A DNA stretch of 64,000 nt from a virus (taxonomy: Duplodnaviria; Caudoviricetes), in IMG/VR virus record IMGVR_UViG_2595698964_000001, positions 64,001 to 128,000 of that record, one strand, 5' to 3'. The notes under the pieces are model-generated. The model was not told the DNA's origin and did no database searches. It saw nothing but the letters and a program-made list of their open reading frames with translations. Numbering within the stretch: the stretch's first letter is position 1; the number at the start of each line of letters is the position of its first letter. A program made the translations under genes and the position numbers. Positions 9,117 to 19,617 of the stretch are shown here, one piece after another.

Positions 9117-12019
9117 TGGCTCAACAGGAAATCGGTTTAAAGCTGAAGGCTGACACGACGGAGGCCATGAAATCCGTAAAAGAGTTAGAACGCTCTGTTA
9201 ATGGTCTTGAATCGGTAAAACGAAAAGGAGACACAGCAAACGGATTTCTAAACGAGAATGACGTTAGAAACTTTCGTCGTATGAGCGAACAAGCTGAAAC
9301 TGTATACAAAAATTTTCTTAACCGATACTCAACCATGCAACGAGAGTTTGAGAAACGTAAAGGCGAGCTTCAGAGACAAATTGAGACAGGGTCAAACCAT
9401 ACCGAGGTAAACGCTGCTAGAGCAGAGCTTCGTCGAATTGACTCGCAAAGTACTCTTTTAGAAACTCAAGCTCGGGCTGCTGAAAACCTACGTAATAGGC
9501 AAACCTCCTCCCAGTCTGATATTAGCAACATGAGACAGGAAAATGGCGGAACTATGTTGATGGGCGGGCTGTCTAGAGGAGCTATGAGTGCGCTGGCTGG
9601 TACATTAGCAGTCAGCCATCTTTTTGGTTTGGCGAAACAAGGTATGGGAATGGTTAAGAGTGAAGAAGAGTATATGGCGCAACTAGGTAACCGTATGGGC
9701 GGTTATGGAGGCGACTATACTCAAGCTAGAAAAGATGCTATGGATACTGGGATGACTAATGGTTACAAAGCTCAAGAGACCATGATGTTGACTGACCAGT
9801 TTACTAACATGGCAGGTACAAGGTCTAAGGAGAAGACTTGGAATGATATTCAAGACATCCAAACCTCTTCTAGAGCAATGGGAGTTGACTCGAGCACTCT
9901 GGCCAACGCAGGAGGTTTTCTAAACAAAGTTGGCGCGTTACAAGACGGAGATCAGAGGAAGTTCGCTAACCTTATAGCAGGGGCAATTAAAAAAGAAGGT
10001 ATGGAAGGGCGCGACACTGAACTCATAGAAGCGGTCAACTCTATGGCTGTAAACTCTGCAAGTAACCAAGTTAACCTGTCCAAGTCTCAACTTGATCAAC
10101 TGGTCGGGTTCCAAACGATGCTAGGCTCCAAAGAAGAGGGATGGAAAGGTCAACGCGGTGCCGATATCGCATCATCAATTGACCAAGGTATCAAAGGTGG
10201 AGACAACCGCGTTGACATGCTACTTGGTTGGGGTTCTGAGTATCAAGGTGTTAGCGGACGTGCAGAGCTTGAACGGATGAAAGCGAAGGGGATTACAGAC
10301 CCTGAAAATGTCTCAAAAATATTTAGCAATCTAGACAAGGTCGCAGGGGGTAATAAAGACTATCAAGCCCTCATGGTATCGGATATGTTCGGCGTCAGTA
10401 TCGACCAAGCAGACAGACTGCTAGAGCCTGATATCATGGAGTCTTTAAAGAAGGGCGGTATGTCGAAGAAAGAGATAGACTCCTTACTCAAGTCTGGTGA
10501 CAGCGTTGTTGATAAGAAATCTGAAGAATATCAAGGTTCTAAAGCTGCATCCCGAGCAAGGACGGACGCTCAATGGGAAGAAACAAAGAAATCCGGAGGA
10601 GAGTTCTTGGATAATCTTTGGAGACCTGCGGCAGAGTTCTTTACAGGTCTCGACCCCTCAACACAATGGGGAGCCATGGGTATGGGAGCTGCGGGAGCTA
10701 CAATTGGTGGCTCTAAAGCGTTAGGACTTCTTAAGGGGAAATTCCCTCAGTTATTTGGTTCTACAGTCGGAGAAGCTGGAGCAGCGGGGGCGGCTGGTGC
10801 TGGAAGCACTGCAGCTGCATCTGGAGGTATTGGCGCCGCATTAAAGAAAGTTCTTGGTCCATTAGGAACACTAACATCAATTTCTGCGGGTGGTGATATG
10901 GTAGATGGGTTTAGTGACTGGTTATTTGGTCACAGCAAAGGGGATGAAAAGCAACGCGGTATTTTAGACCCCCGTGCGTTAAACCCTTGGGACAAAAAAG
11001 AGAAATACACAGACAGCAAACAGGGGTTTTTACCTTGGTTGTTTGGTGACGACTCTCAGATCAAGGATGACGAGGACGCAAAGACCAAAGCCAAGAAAAC
11101 TTCTAATGGGAAAAAGGACGACGAACAAAAGTCTAAGAGCAAAGAGATGATCGAACTTGAAGCCAAGAACTTAGACAAGAAAGAGTCGTTACTCAACACA
11201 GAAGCCAAACTCAAAGAAAAAGAAGCTAACAATGTTAAACAGCTTAAAGCGGAGAGCACCGATTATAAAAACAACGCAAGTCTTAAAGGCGAGAAAGAGG
11301 ATAAAGGATTCTTTGGAAACCTTTGGGACGGTATTAAAAGTTGGTTTGGCTTTGGAGATGACTCTGGGTCTGGTGCGACACAAACAGCATACGGCGGAGG
11401 GAGTAAGGCGACAGGTTCTAATGCAGCGTTAAGAAACCAAAACCTTAAAGCTGGCGGATCAACGATGACTGCTGCACAAGTTAATCGTTGGATTGACAGC
11501 AAAGCACCTAAAGGGTCAATACTCAGAGGACAGGGCGCTGCTTTTGTAAAGGCGGCTCAGGAGTCTGGTTTGGATGTAAAATATCTTGTAGCCCACGCTG
11601 CACATGAGACTGGTTGGGGAACATCTAATATCGCAAAGAAAAAAGGAAACTTCTATGGTATTGGAGCCTTTGATAACAGCCCAATGGCGTCAGCCTACAA
11701 ATACGGAGGCACATCTGAGGGTATTGTCGAAGGTGCGAAGTGGATAGCCAAGAACTATGTAAACAAAGGACAAAATACTCTAAATAAAATGAGACATAAC
11801 AACGGTGTCCACGAGTACGCTACTGACCCTGACTGGGATAAGAAAATTGCTAACATTATGGCGGGTGCTCCTACCGGGACACTTAACGTGAAGGTTAGTG
11901 GAGGGATTACTGGTTTAAGTGCTGAGAACAACGCTAAGGTAACATCAGCGCTCACCACTACAATCAAAAACAGCAAACTCGCCAAGAATACAACGCAAGG
12001 TAACGGAGGTTGGTTATAA
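9116..12019 (+). CDS. tape measure protein with C-terminal glucosaminidase (GH73-like)
   Basis: Helical Gly/Ala-rich body; C-terminal AHETGWG, NFYGIGA and YATDPDW motifs. Confidence 0.85.
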   Translation: MAQQEIGLKLKADTTEAMKSVKELERSVNGLESVKRKGDTANGFLNENDVRNFRRMSEQAETVYKNFLNRYSTMQREFEKRKGELQRQIETGSNHTEVNAARAELRRIDSQSTLLETQARAAENLRNRQTSSQSDISNMRQENGGTMLMGGLSRGAMSALAGTLAVSHLFGLAKQGMGMVKSEEEYMAQLGNRMGGYGGDYTQARKDAMDTGMTNGYKAQETMMLTDQFTNMAGTRSKEKTWNDIQDIQTSSRAMGVDSSTLANAGGFLNKVGALQDGDQRKFANLIAGAIKKEGMEGRDTELIEAVNSMAVNSASNQVNLSKSQLDQLVGFQTMLGSKEEGWKGQRGADIASSIDQGIKGGDNRVDMLLGWGSEYQGVSGRAELERMKAKGITDPENVSKIFSNLDKVAGGNKDYQALMVSDMFGVSIDQADRLLEPDIMESLKKGGMSKKEIDSLLKSGDSVVDKKSEEYQGSKAASRARTDAQWEETKKSGGEFLDNLWRPAAEFFTGLDPSTQWGAMGMGAAGATIGGSKALGLLKGKFPQLFGSTVGEAGAAGAAGAGSTAAASGGIGAALKKVLGPLGTLTSISAGGDMVDGFSDWLFGHSKGDEKQRGILDPRALNPWDKKEKYTDSKQGFLPWLFGDDSQIKDDEDAKTKAKKTSNGKKDDEQKSKSKEMIELEAKNLDKKESLLNTEAKLKEKEANNVKQLKAESTDYKNNASLKGEKEDKGFFGNLWDGIKSWFGFGDDSGSGATQTAYGGGSKATGSNAALRNQNLKAGGSTMTAAQVNRWIDSKAPKGSILRGQGAAFVKAAQESGLDVKYLVAHAAHETGWGTSNIAKKKGNFYGIGAFDNSPMASAYKYGGTSEGIVEGAKWIAKNYVNKGQNTLNKMRHNNGVHEYATDPDWDKKIANIMAGAPTGTLNVKVSGGITGLSAENNAKVTSALTTTIKNSKLAKNTTQGNGGWL

Positions 12020-13797
12020 TGGGGAAAGTTAAACGCTTTAAACCTGAAGCCACTGTCTCGTTCTATACAGAAAAGGGTGAAATTGTAGCAAGATCAAAAC
12101 CAAAAAAGCAGGGCGACGCTATTGACGGCGACGTCCTGCAAATAAGCACTCAAAATGACCTCGCTAATGATGCGGGGGTTTTTCAAATTGTCTTGACAGC
12201 GAAAAACCGTTGGGACAAGAAGATCGCGTCAAACGACTTGGTTATTATCAAAATGCATAGAAACGACGACGATAAAGAAGACCAAACGATAATGTTTGGA
12301 TTGGTTGATGACGTAAGGAAGACGGTTTCTGTAGGAGACGAGACCGTTGAGCGGAACGTGCTAATCATGGGAAGGAACTTTGCAAAAGCGCTAATCAACT
12401 TTGAAGTAGGGGTTGTTCAAGAGGTTGAAATGACAACAGCCAGCTTGGGTTGGTTAGAAGGTCGGGTTAACTTTATGGGGGAGAACGCCGCGAATATTGT
12501 TAAGCAGGTTATGAACGACTTAGTGTTCAAATATATGGAATACGAGTTTGAGAATGGTAAGAAAATCAAAGAACTAGTGCATATGAAATTAAGCTCGAGA
12601 AAAGGAGAACGACTATTTGATGATAAATCGTTTATAAACTTTCAAGGTTCAATGTACTCCTTTCTGAAAGAAATTGTAGACGAACCGTTCAACCAGATGT
12701 TTTGGGAGACTTACAAAGGTAAGAATACCTTAGTCGTCCGAGAGACGCCCTTTAACAAGGATAACTGGAACGATCTAAAACGTCATGAGATAACTGATGA
12801 TGACGTGGTAAGCGAGTCAATTGGGAGATCTGATCTTGAATCATACGCCTTGTTCTCTGTAGGTATGCAGTCATTCTTCAACTCGTTCGACGTTAGTAAA
12901 ACAGTTAACGTTTTCCCTCTATGGTATGAGCCGTACTTTAAAAAATACGGGCTACGTCGTTTGAACAGATACACAGCCTATGTAGGATATGGTAACGCGG
13001 AGGACGCAGGAGACGTAAATACCAAACTTGAAAGCTATCAGCGGGATTTGTTTAATTGGAACATAATGAACCCGACATTTTTTAATGGTACGATAGTTGT
13101 AAAGGGACGTAACAAATACAAAATCGGTGAGCGACTTCTTTACAAGTCTACAGAGGACGGTAGAGACATTGAGTTCTTTGTAGAAGGTGTCTCTCAAGAG
13201 TTCGTTAACATGAATCACTGGTATACTACACTAACTGTAACAAGGGGATTAGAGGACTCTGGAAAGAACAGGTTTAAGAAGCCTTGGGGCGAAGGTGTAG
13301 CTTACCAAGGAGGAGCACTAGGTACTCCGGCTGCTGCTGATATGGTTGACGCAGGAACTACTGATGGAATTGTTTACCCGGGAGGTAGCGCAGAAGGTAT
13401 CGCAGCCCAACTAATCGCCAACGCTAAAAGCTGGTTAAACAAACCAAACAAGTATGTATTTGGAGGCGGTCGCAACACTAGTGACATAATGGCTGGAAGG
13501 TTTGACTGTTCGTCTTGGGTTCGGTATATATTTGAGACAGTAGGAATAAACGTTGGGCCAATATCCGGAACCACAACAGACACTTTAGCCAAACAGGGGT
13601 CTCCTGTAAAGTCAGTTATGGCGCTTAAGCCGGGGGATTTAGTTATGTTTAACACGTACAAACATAACGGTCATGTAACAATTTACCTTGGAAATGGAGA
13701 GGCTATTGGTTCCCAGAGTAGTACCGGAGTAGGTATAATAAAAGTTTCAACTTGGCAGAACAAATATGGACTTGGAAGTTTACGTCGTATTTTGTAA
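12019..13797 (+). CDS. baseplate hub / tail lysin with NlpC/P60 domain
   Basis: C-terminal YVFGG..FDCSS..PGDLV.F..GHV; TAATG coupling to the tape measure gene. Confidence 0.85.
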   Translation: MGKVKRFKPEATVSFYTEKGEIVARSKPKKQGDAIDGDVLQISTQNDLANDAGVFQIVLTAKNRWDKKIASNDLVIIKMHRNDDDKEDQTIMFGLVDDVRKTVSVGDETVERNVLIMGRNFAKALINFEVGVVQEVEMTTASLGWLEGRVNFMGENAANIVKQVMNDLVFKYMEYEFENGKKIKELVHMKLSSRKGERLFDDKSFINFQGSMYSFLKEIVDEPFNQMFWETYKGKNTLVVRETPFNKDNWNDLKRHEITDDDVVSESIGRSDLESYALFSVGMQSFFNSFDVSKTVNVFPLWYEPYFKKYGLRRLNRYTAYVGYGNAEDAGDVNTKLESYQRDLFNWNIMNPTFFNGTIVVKGRNKYKIGERLLYKSTEDGRDIEFFVEGVSQEFVNMNHWYTTLTVTRGLEDSGKNRFKKPWGEGVAYQGGALGTPAAADMVDAGTTDGIVYPGGSAEGIAAQLIANAKSWLNKPNKYVFGGGRNTSDIMAGRFDCSSWVRYIFETVGINVGPISGTTTDTLAKQGSPVKSVMALKPGDLVMFNTYKHNGHVTIYLGNGEAIGSQSSTGVGIIKVSTWQNKYGLGSLRRIL

Positions 13798-13809
13798 GGA
13801 GGTTGTAAA

Positions 13810-14940
13810 ATGGATGAGATACGTCTTCAGAGTTCCCTTGGGGGATTAAAAGAAATTGATAGACCTGATATGCAAATGTCAGGTCTGATAACTGTAGCTA
13901 AGGTTCTCAAAGTACACCATAAATCTGGGACAGCTGATGTAGTAGTTGTAAACACCAAAGACACATTTACTTCTTCTGAACAGAACGAAGGGAAGTTTGC
14001 TGCGAGAATCCTGACTGAGTTCGCTGGGTATGACGCGAAAAGAGAAAAATATTGGGGCTCTATCGCGCCTATTGCAGAAGGTTCTTTGGTACTCTTAGGG
14101 TTTTTGGATAACCTTAAAAACAGACCCGTTATTCTAGGGCAATTCCATCGCCCAGACGAGACGGAAAACGTTCTCCCTAGCGTTTACCCTTTAAGGGAGA
14201 AAAAAGCCGGGTACAACCGCAGAGAGGCTTTAAAAAGCCTAACTGTTTATCCTTCTATGGCATACAAGAAAGTTGACGGAGATTCGAACATGGAGTTTGC
14301 TCACGCCTCTAAGTCATTCTTTGCGGCTTACAACACAGCGACTGACGTACAAGAGTATATAACAGATGACCATGGAGGATTTGATCATCAAAACCTTTCT
14401 GAGATGGATCGCCGGACGGGGAATGTATTAGAAGCTGATCAAGAAGAGGCGCAGAGCCCGTCTAAGTTTTTGTTTGTTCATCGCTCTAGTTTCGATAACG
14501 AGGAAACAACTTGGACAAAGTTCTTTTTAGAAGCTTCGGGGGCGTTTAGGTTAACACGCGATAACAACGATGGTAAGTTGACATATATGGAGTTCCCTGA
14601 AGAAGGCGGAACACTTATAAGACGTCAGCTAGACACTAACATTCGAGAGGACGCTACAGACTATGCAGAGCTTGATATAGACATAGATGGTGGCGCAAAC
14701 TTGCGGCGTGTTATTGGGGAAAGTATAGCGGAAGTTGGAGTAAACAGCGCTGGTAACGTTCAGCTGACTCATAGTGACGGGAGTTACATGGACATGGGTA
14801 AAGATATAACAATAGAAACTGATGGAGAGATTCTTTCTGAAGCGCTTATACGATTTATTGAGAAACACTTTATCAAAGTTGGGGATGAACCTGTTAATCC
14901 ACTTCCTTATACTCTATGGGTTGACATGAAAGATGAATAG
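13810..14940 (+). CDS. baseplate central spike / Gp5-OB-like protein
   Basis: AKVLKV..GTADV..EGSLVLLGF..PVILG OB-fold pattern; synteny. Confidence 0.6.
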   Translation: MDEIRLQSSLGGLKEIDRPDMQMSGLITVAKVLKVHHKSGTADVVVVNTKDTFTSSEQNEGKFAARILTEFAGYDAKREKYWGSIAPIAEGSLVLLGFLDNLKNRPVILGQFHRPDETENVLPSVYPLREKKAGYNRREALKSLTVYPSMAYKKVDGDSNMEFAHASKSFFAAYNTATDVQEYITDDHGGFDHQNLSEMDRRTGNVLEADQEEAQSPSKFLFVHRSSFDNEETTWTKFFLEASGAFRLTRDNNDGKLTYMEFPEEGGTLIRRQLDTNIREDATDYAELDIDIDGGANLRRVIGESIAEVGVNSAGNVQLTHSDGSYMDMGKDITIETDGEILSEALIRFIEKHFIKVGDEPVNPLPYTLWVDMKDE

Positions 14941-14952
14941 GAGTGATGAACT

Positions 14953-16128
14953 ATGCCTCAAAGCGATGGAGTAAATACATTGAAACGCATGGAGTTCTCG
15001 TTTAAAGGGAAATCCTATAAGTTTAATCTTAACCCAGAAGAGTACACTCAAGACGAACCGAGTAAGTCGCAAGTAACACAGACCAAAAGCGGAGCTTGGG
15101 TCGACGACTTTGGAGCAGGATTGAAGTCAATCTACATGAAGGGGACAACTGGACTAAACAAAGGTAACGGATTCAAGAAGTTTAAAGAGCTTAGAAAGTT
15201 AATACGAGACTACTATAAGGACACTAAGCCCGGTAAAACAATAAAGGATGAACTTATATTCCATAATTTTACAGATGAGGAAAGCTGGGTTGTTCATCCA
15301 GAGCCTTCGGGTTTCCGGTTGTTAAGATCAAAATCTAACCCCTTGTTATATATGTACGAGATACGTCTCGTTTGTCTTCGCGAAACAAAGTATCCGGGAA
15401 CAACTTCAAAGACAGGCGTCGGTAAAACATTAGGAACTCCAGCGAAGTTGAGTACTAAGAGTACTACGAGCTACGAAATTGGAAACTCTTACATCGCGGG
15501 GTCTCTTATGGTCGCAGACAAGATACCTAAGACCCTTGCGTCTTTTGTATCACAACTCAAAGCTCTAGCTGGAGGACAACTAGCAATGACTGGTAAAAAG
15601 ATTTCAACAGCTAACGTTAAGACACTCGACCTTCAATTTTTTGCTAGCGGAAACGATTTACTTGATACGCTAGAGATTGAGTTTGATCCTGTAATTTCCA
15701 AACTCGCGACAGGTATTCTTCAGCAGATAAAAGATGGAGTTTTACTAACAAGGATGAAAGACAATGACTTGTCGCTACTCGTTGACAAAATTAGAACACT
15801 CGAGCAAGATACTTTAGACCCAGAAGTGATGACTGGTTTACAAAGCGTACTCCTAGAGCTCTTGTCTGTGTCAAGGCAAATAATTGAAGACCCCGAAAAA
15901 CTTCGCGTGGACTTCTCTATTGATGATCTTAAGCGACTTCGGCGGAATTTACGCTGGGTTACGAACAAGATGGCAGAAAGAAAAGCGGTAGACTATAGCT
16001 TTGTTGAAGAGCTTCGTTGGCTTGAAAGAGCTGTTATGTATCTAATGGATTCTAACTTGTTTGAGGACAACATTGAATCCGAGATCATCAAAGTAAACGT
16101 TTCTATGGGGAGGGTTACTGATGGCTGA
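14953..16128 (+). CDS. baseplate / tube initiator protein
   Basis: MPQSDG..FNLNPEEY..TQTKSG.WVDDFGAG..GTTG motif. Confidence 0.65.
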   Translation: MPQSDGVNTLKRMEFSFKGKSYKFNLNPEEYTQDEPSKSQVTQTKSGAWVDDFGAGLKSIYMKGTTGLNKGNGFKKFKELRKLIRDYYKDTKPGKTIKDELIFHNFTDEESWVVHPEPSGFRLLRSKSNPLLYMYEIRLVCLRETKYPGTTSKTGVGKTLGTPAKLSTKSTTSYEIGNSYIAGSLMVADKIPKTLASFVSQLKALAGGQLAMTGKKISTANVKTLDLQFFASGNDLLDTLEIEFDPVISKLATGILQQIKDGVLLTRMKDNDLSLLVDKIRTLEQDTLDPEVMTGLQSVLLELLSVSRQIIEDPEKLRVDFSIDDLKRLRRNLRWVTNKMAERKAVDYSFVEELRWLERAVMYLMDSNLFEDNIESEIIKVNVSMGRVTDG

Positions 16129-16813
16129 TTTTATAAAACACGCTTTGATATATGGGGAGTCTCTTCAAGAGATTTCCCAAAAATACTTAGACACGCCAGA
16201 CAGATGGACAGACTTGGTAGTTATTAACAATCTTAAATACCCTTTCGTTGTTTGGGAAGAGAGAACACCCGAAACACCTAAGAATGTAAAAACGATAGGG
16301 GAAATAGTTCTAGTTCCTGTAGAAGACGACACAAACCCATTAGAAGGGCTTCATAAGTTTGAAATAGACGACGCTTATGACAGATTGTTGGGCGAAGACT
16401 TAAGCTTGTTTGAAGACAACGAACTAGTTAACTTACGAGGAGACGAGATTGGAGAATTCCGAGCAACTAATAGGGGAGACCTCAGAACTGTCAAGGGAAT
16501 CACTAACCTCAGACAGTCCCTTGTGTTACGTTTAGCGACTCCGTTAGGAGCGTTACTTCACCATCCTAACTATGGTACGTTGTTATATGACTATGTCGGA
16601 GATCGAGAAGACTATCAAACTCAACAGAAAATAAAAACTGAAGTCGAACGCACATTAAGATCAGACCCCCGAGTGGCAGACATTGTTATGAACGAGGTGT
16701 CTTCTTATCGAGGCATACTAACAATTCAGGTTAGTATTGCGGCACTAGGTATAGATGACATCATAAATCTAGGGATTCGCCTAGATTCTGAAGGGGTGAT
16801 AGAATGGGGTTAA
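16121..16813 (+). CDS. LysM-like plus gp25-like baseplate wedge protein
   Basis: GESLQEIS..W..L...N at N-terminus; NLRQSL..RL.TP.G...HP.YG..DPRV. Confidence 0.8.
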   Translation: MADFIKHALIYGESLQEISQKYLDTPDRWTDLVVINNLKYPFVVWEERTPETPKNVKTIGEIVLVPVEDDTNPLEGLHKFEIDDAYDRLLGEDLSLFEDNELVNLRGDEIGEFRATNRGDLRTVKGITNLRQSLVLRLATPLGALLHHPNYGTLLYDYVGDREDYQTQQKIKTEVERTLRSDPRVADIVMNEVSSYRGILTIQVSIAALGIDDIINLGIRLDSEGVIEWG

Positions 16814-17859
16814 AGATAAAAACGTTTCAAGAAGTTCTTATATCTATGGTGGACTGGATTGCTAAAGGGTCTAGGAGACTTGTCGACTTTACAGAAGGTT
16901 CTGTAATAAGGACTCTACTGGAAGCAGTAGCGACAGAGCTGGAAGAATACTATTTTAAATCTTACAACAACATGCTTTATGCAATGGAGAACGCAGTATA
17001 TGACGCATTTGGATTCGAGAGACGTCCAGCAACGAGCGCGTTAGGAAACATAGTTGTTGTTTTCTCTAATCCGATTCCATCAGATTTGGTTATACCGAAA
17101 GGTACACGAGTCGCGACAAGTGATGCTGATCCTGTTTATTATCAGACGCGAACTGACTTTAGCGTGAAAGAAGGAGCTTCTGAAGCTGTTATCGAGGTGT
17201 ATTGCGTAACTCCTGGCAAGGTCGGTAACGTCCCTGAGAACAGCATAACGGTTATGGTTAATCCTCTAAGTCTTGTGTCTAGAGTCTATAATCCTGATCG
17301 GTTTATAACAGGGAGAGATGAGGAGACGCTTGTTGAGCGGAAACAGCGGTTTAACAAGTTTGTCGAGACAAGAGCAAAGGGTACTATCTCGGCCATTGAG
17401 TATGGGGCGCTAGAGGTTGAAGAGGTGACTGGTGTTTGGGTTGATGACTCTCAAATTGGAATCATAAAAGTATACGCCCATGACGCGGCAGGTAATTTAT
17501 CTGACTCGCTTCGAAAAGCAGTACAAGACAATCTGGAGAACTATAGAGCGGCAGGGATACCCCTATTTGTTTACCCGATTGTAAAACTACCTCTTGATGT
17601 GGAAGTAGAAATAACTGTCGACTTTAGATACAACAATGACGACTATAAAAACGAGATCGCAGCTAATATTAGAGACTACCTCGATTCATATGTTGTCTCG
17701 CAAGAATACATTGAGTCAGACTTAAACGCGTATATTAGATCATTAGATAGAGTCATTATAAAAAACTGTCGTATTTTGAAACCTTCAGACGATACTGTAA
17801 TTGAGCCTAGACAGCTCATCCGTAGCGGTAACATTACAGTTAAACTCGTCTCTAAGTAG
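16804..17859 (+). CDS. baseplate J-like wedge protein
   Basis: DFTEGSVIRTLLEA, G..GNV..N.I, GRDEET and YRAAGI motifs. Confidence 0.9.
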   Translation: MGLKIKTFQEVLISMVDWIAKGSRRLVDFTEGSVIRTLLEAVATELEEYYFKSYNNMLYAMENAVYDAFGFERRPATSALGNIVVVFSNPIPSDLVIPKGTRVATSDADPVYYQTRTDFSVKEGASEAVIEVYCVTPGKVGNVPENSITVMVNPLSLVSRVYNPDRFITGRDEETLVERKQRFNKFVETRAKGTISAIEYGALEVEEVTGVWVDDSQIGIIKVYAHDAAGNLSDSLRKAVQDNLENYRAAGIPLFVYPIVKLPLDVEVEITVDFRYNNDDYKNEIAANIRDYLDSYVVSQEYIESDLNAYIRSLDRVIIKNCRILKPSDDTVIEPRQLIRSGNITVKLVSK

Positions 17860-18621
17860 GTGAGTGAGATGTTAAAATTTCTTAGTGTTATCTTTAAGCA
17901 ACGTAACTCAAACCCGGACAACGAGGCATTTATAGAAGCTCTTTCAAACCAGCTACAAGTTGCGAACAAAGACGCCGACTTAATGGAACAAGAACTAGAC
18001 CTAAGACAGTCGAGTGCGGAGTGGCTTGATGAGTGGGGTAGTTGGTTTGGAGTCAAACGGCTTACTGGAGAAACAGATGAGCACTACCGATTCCGGATTC
18101 TGACGGCGATGGAAGATAAGGTTACAATCCCAGCTATAAAACGTGGAGTCAAGAAGGTAATGGGCGATGACACTGTTATTAAAATATACGAGCCGTTTGA
18201 AGAGATTCGTTATTTTAACGTCTCAACGTTTAGCGGGGTGGGACGCTTCCAAGATGGGGACTACTACCGAATTGGAGTCATCGACGTAATAATAAACAAA
18301 CCGATTACAGAGGAGTTAATGGCGTTCATAAACACTTTAAAAGCAGCAGGAATTTCTGTAAAGTTTACTTATAAGATGACGCCTCCATCTGATCAAATTG
18401 TAATCGGAGATGGAGATGACAACCCTGACGTTGTGTATGAAAACGCTGTATCTAACGAGCCCGGGTTTATTGATGAAACTAACGGTGCGGTATTCTCTGG
18501 AGACAATCCTGTACAGAGATATTCCGGAGATCGTGACATTTGGGTACGTACTACGATTAATGACGAAGCATTTGTTTCTCCGATTCAGGTTGTTGAGATT
18601 GAGAAGAAAATTGATAGATAG
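17860..18621 (+). CDS. baseplate wedge protein (P2 gpI-like)
   Basis: WLDEWG.WFGVKR..GETD..YR.RI; KAAGI. Confidence 0.75.
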   Translation: MSEMLKFLSVIFKQRNSNPDNEAFIEALSNQLQVANKDADLMEQELDLRQSSAEWLDEWGSWFGVKRLTGETDEHYRFRILTAMEDKVTIPAIKRGVKKVMGDDTVIKIYEPFEEIRYFNVSTFSGVGRFQDGDYYRIGVIDVIINKPITEELMAFINTLKAAGISVKFTYKMTPPSDQIVIGDGDDNPDVVYENAVSNEPGFIDETNGAVFSGDNPVQRYSGDRDIWVRTTINDEAFVSPIQVVEIEKKIDR

Positions 18622-18636
18622 GGATGGTGTTGCTAA

Positions 18637-18975
18637 ATGGCTAACGACAAACTTATTAGAGACGCTGACGGGACATTAGTACCTCAGCATAAAGACTCTA
18701 CAGGTTGGGTTGAGACAGGAGACGCGTACCCACTACCTGTAAGACCTCTTGTATCCAAAGAGGCGTGGGAAGGTAACGCTGACGAGACAAAAACCTTCGA
18801 GGCTCCTAGACGGGGGTTCAACATAGTTAACGATGGGGATGCTGATTTGACTTTTACTATTAACGGTACAACTAGACGAGTAAAGGAAAGTGAAAGCTAT
18901 TCCGGGACTTTCGACCCATTTACGGAAGTCTCTATAACAACCACAGTCCCATATAGAGCAGAAGTACTCGCATAG
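18637..18975 (+). CDS. small virion-associated beta protein
   Basis: 112 aa inside the baseplate cluster. Confidence 0.55.
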   Translation: MANDKLIRDADGTLVPQHKDSTGWVETGDAYPLPVRPLVSKEAWEGNADETKTFEAPRRGFNIVNDGDADLTFTINGTTRRVKESESYSGTFDPFTEVSITTTVPYRAEVLA

Positions 18976-18996
18976 GCAGGTCTAAGACCTGTCTTC
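18975..18996 (+). terminator. hairpin, possible terminator
   Basis: GGCAGGTCT-A-AGACCTGTC with weak T tail. Confidence 0.5.
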
Positions 18997-19078
18997 ATTT
19001 ATTAACGCTATTATAAATAGACGGGTGTAGATCAGATATTTGTTTATAGCATTCCGCATGGACAGAGGAGGTATAAAA

Positions 19079-19606
19079 ATGGCGGTAAAAACTAGAGCGC
19101 ACCGGGTTAGCCGGGCGTTAGACTTTTATAAGAAAAACACGATTTATTTCTCAATTGGAAGAACAACTCCTTGGGAGGATGAAAACAACCCTCCTCGTAC
19201 TGAAGACACAACTCCGTTAGAGGAGATGATTGGGATGAGAAAAGCGGACAGAGTTCTGCTTGTAACTCCTTATGATGGAAGTGACGTCCCTGAAGGCACA
19301 GAGATCATCGAGTTTGTAGAAAACTCTTTTTGGAAAGTCGTACCTGAGCAAGACGCACTCAAAGAGTACGCGAGATATGTTTACATCGAGACAACTATTA
19401 ATCCGTCTGACCTACCATTAGGCGCTTACAGACAGGTAGGCGTACATTCAGGAGTAGTTCGTAAAGAAGGTGTCAGCGCTGGAAAGTTCAACTTACTCCC
19501 GGACGAAATCGAAGACACAGGTATGCTCGAGTTGATTGACAATAGGGAGAAGAACCTCAGAGGCGAGAGTACAAGGTTGCTATTGAACTTTATTATTAAA
19601 TTTTAG
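19079..19606 (+). CDS. baseplate protein
   Basis: Start ATG 19079 with RBS GAGGAGGT; GRTTPW.DE..PP and YRQVG motifs. Confidence 0.75.
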   Translation: MAVKTRAHRVSRALDFYKKNTIYFSIGRTTPWEDENNPPRTEDTTPLEEMIGMRKADRVLLVTPYDGSDVPEGTEIIEFVENSFWKVVPEQDALKEYARYVYIETTINPSDLPLGAYRQVGVHSGVVRKEGVSAGKFNLLPDEIEDTGMLELIDNREKNLRGESTRLLLNFIIKF

Positions 19607-19617
19607 GAGGGTTACGT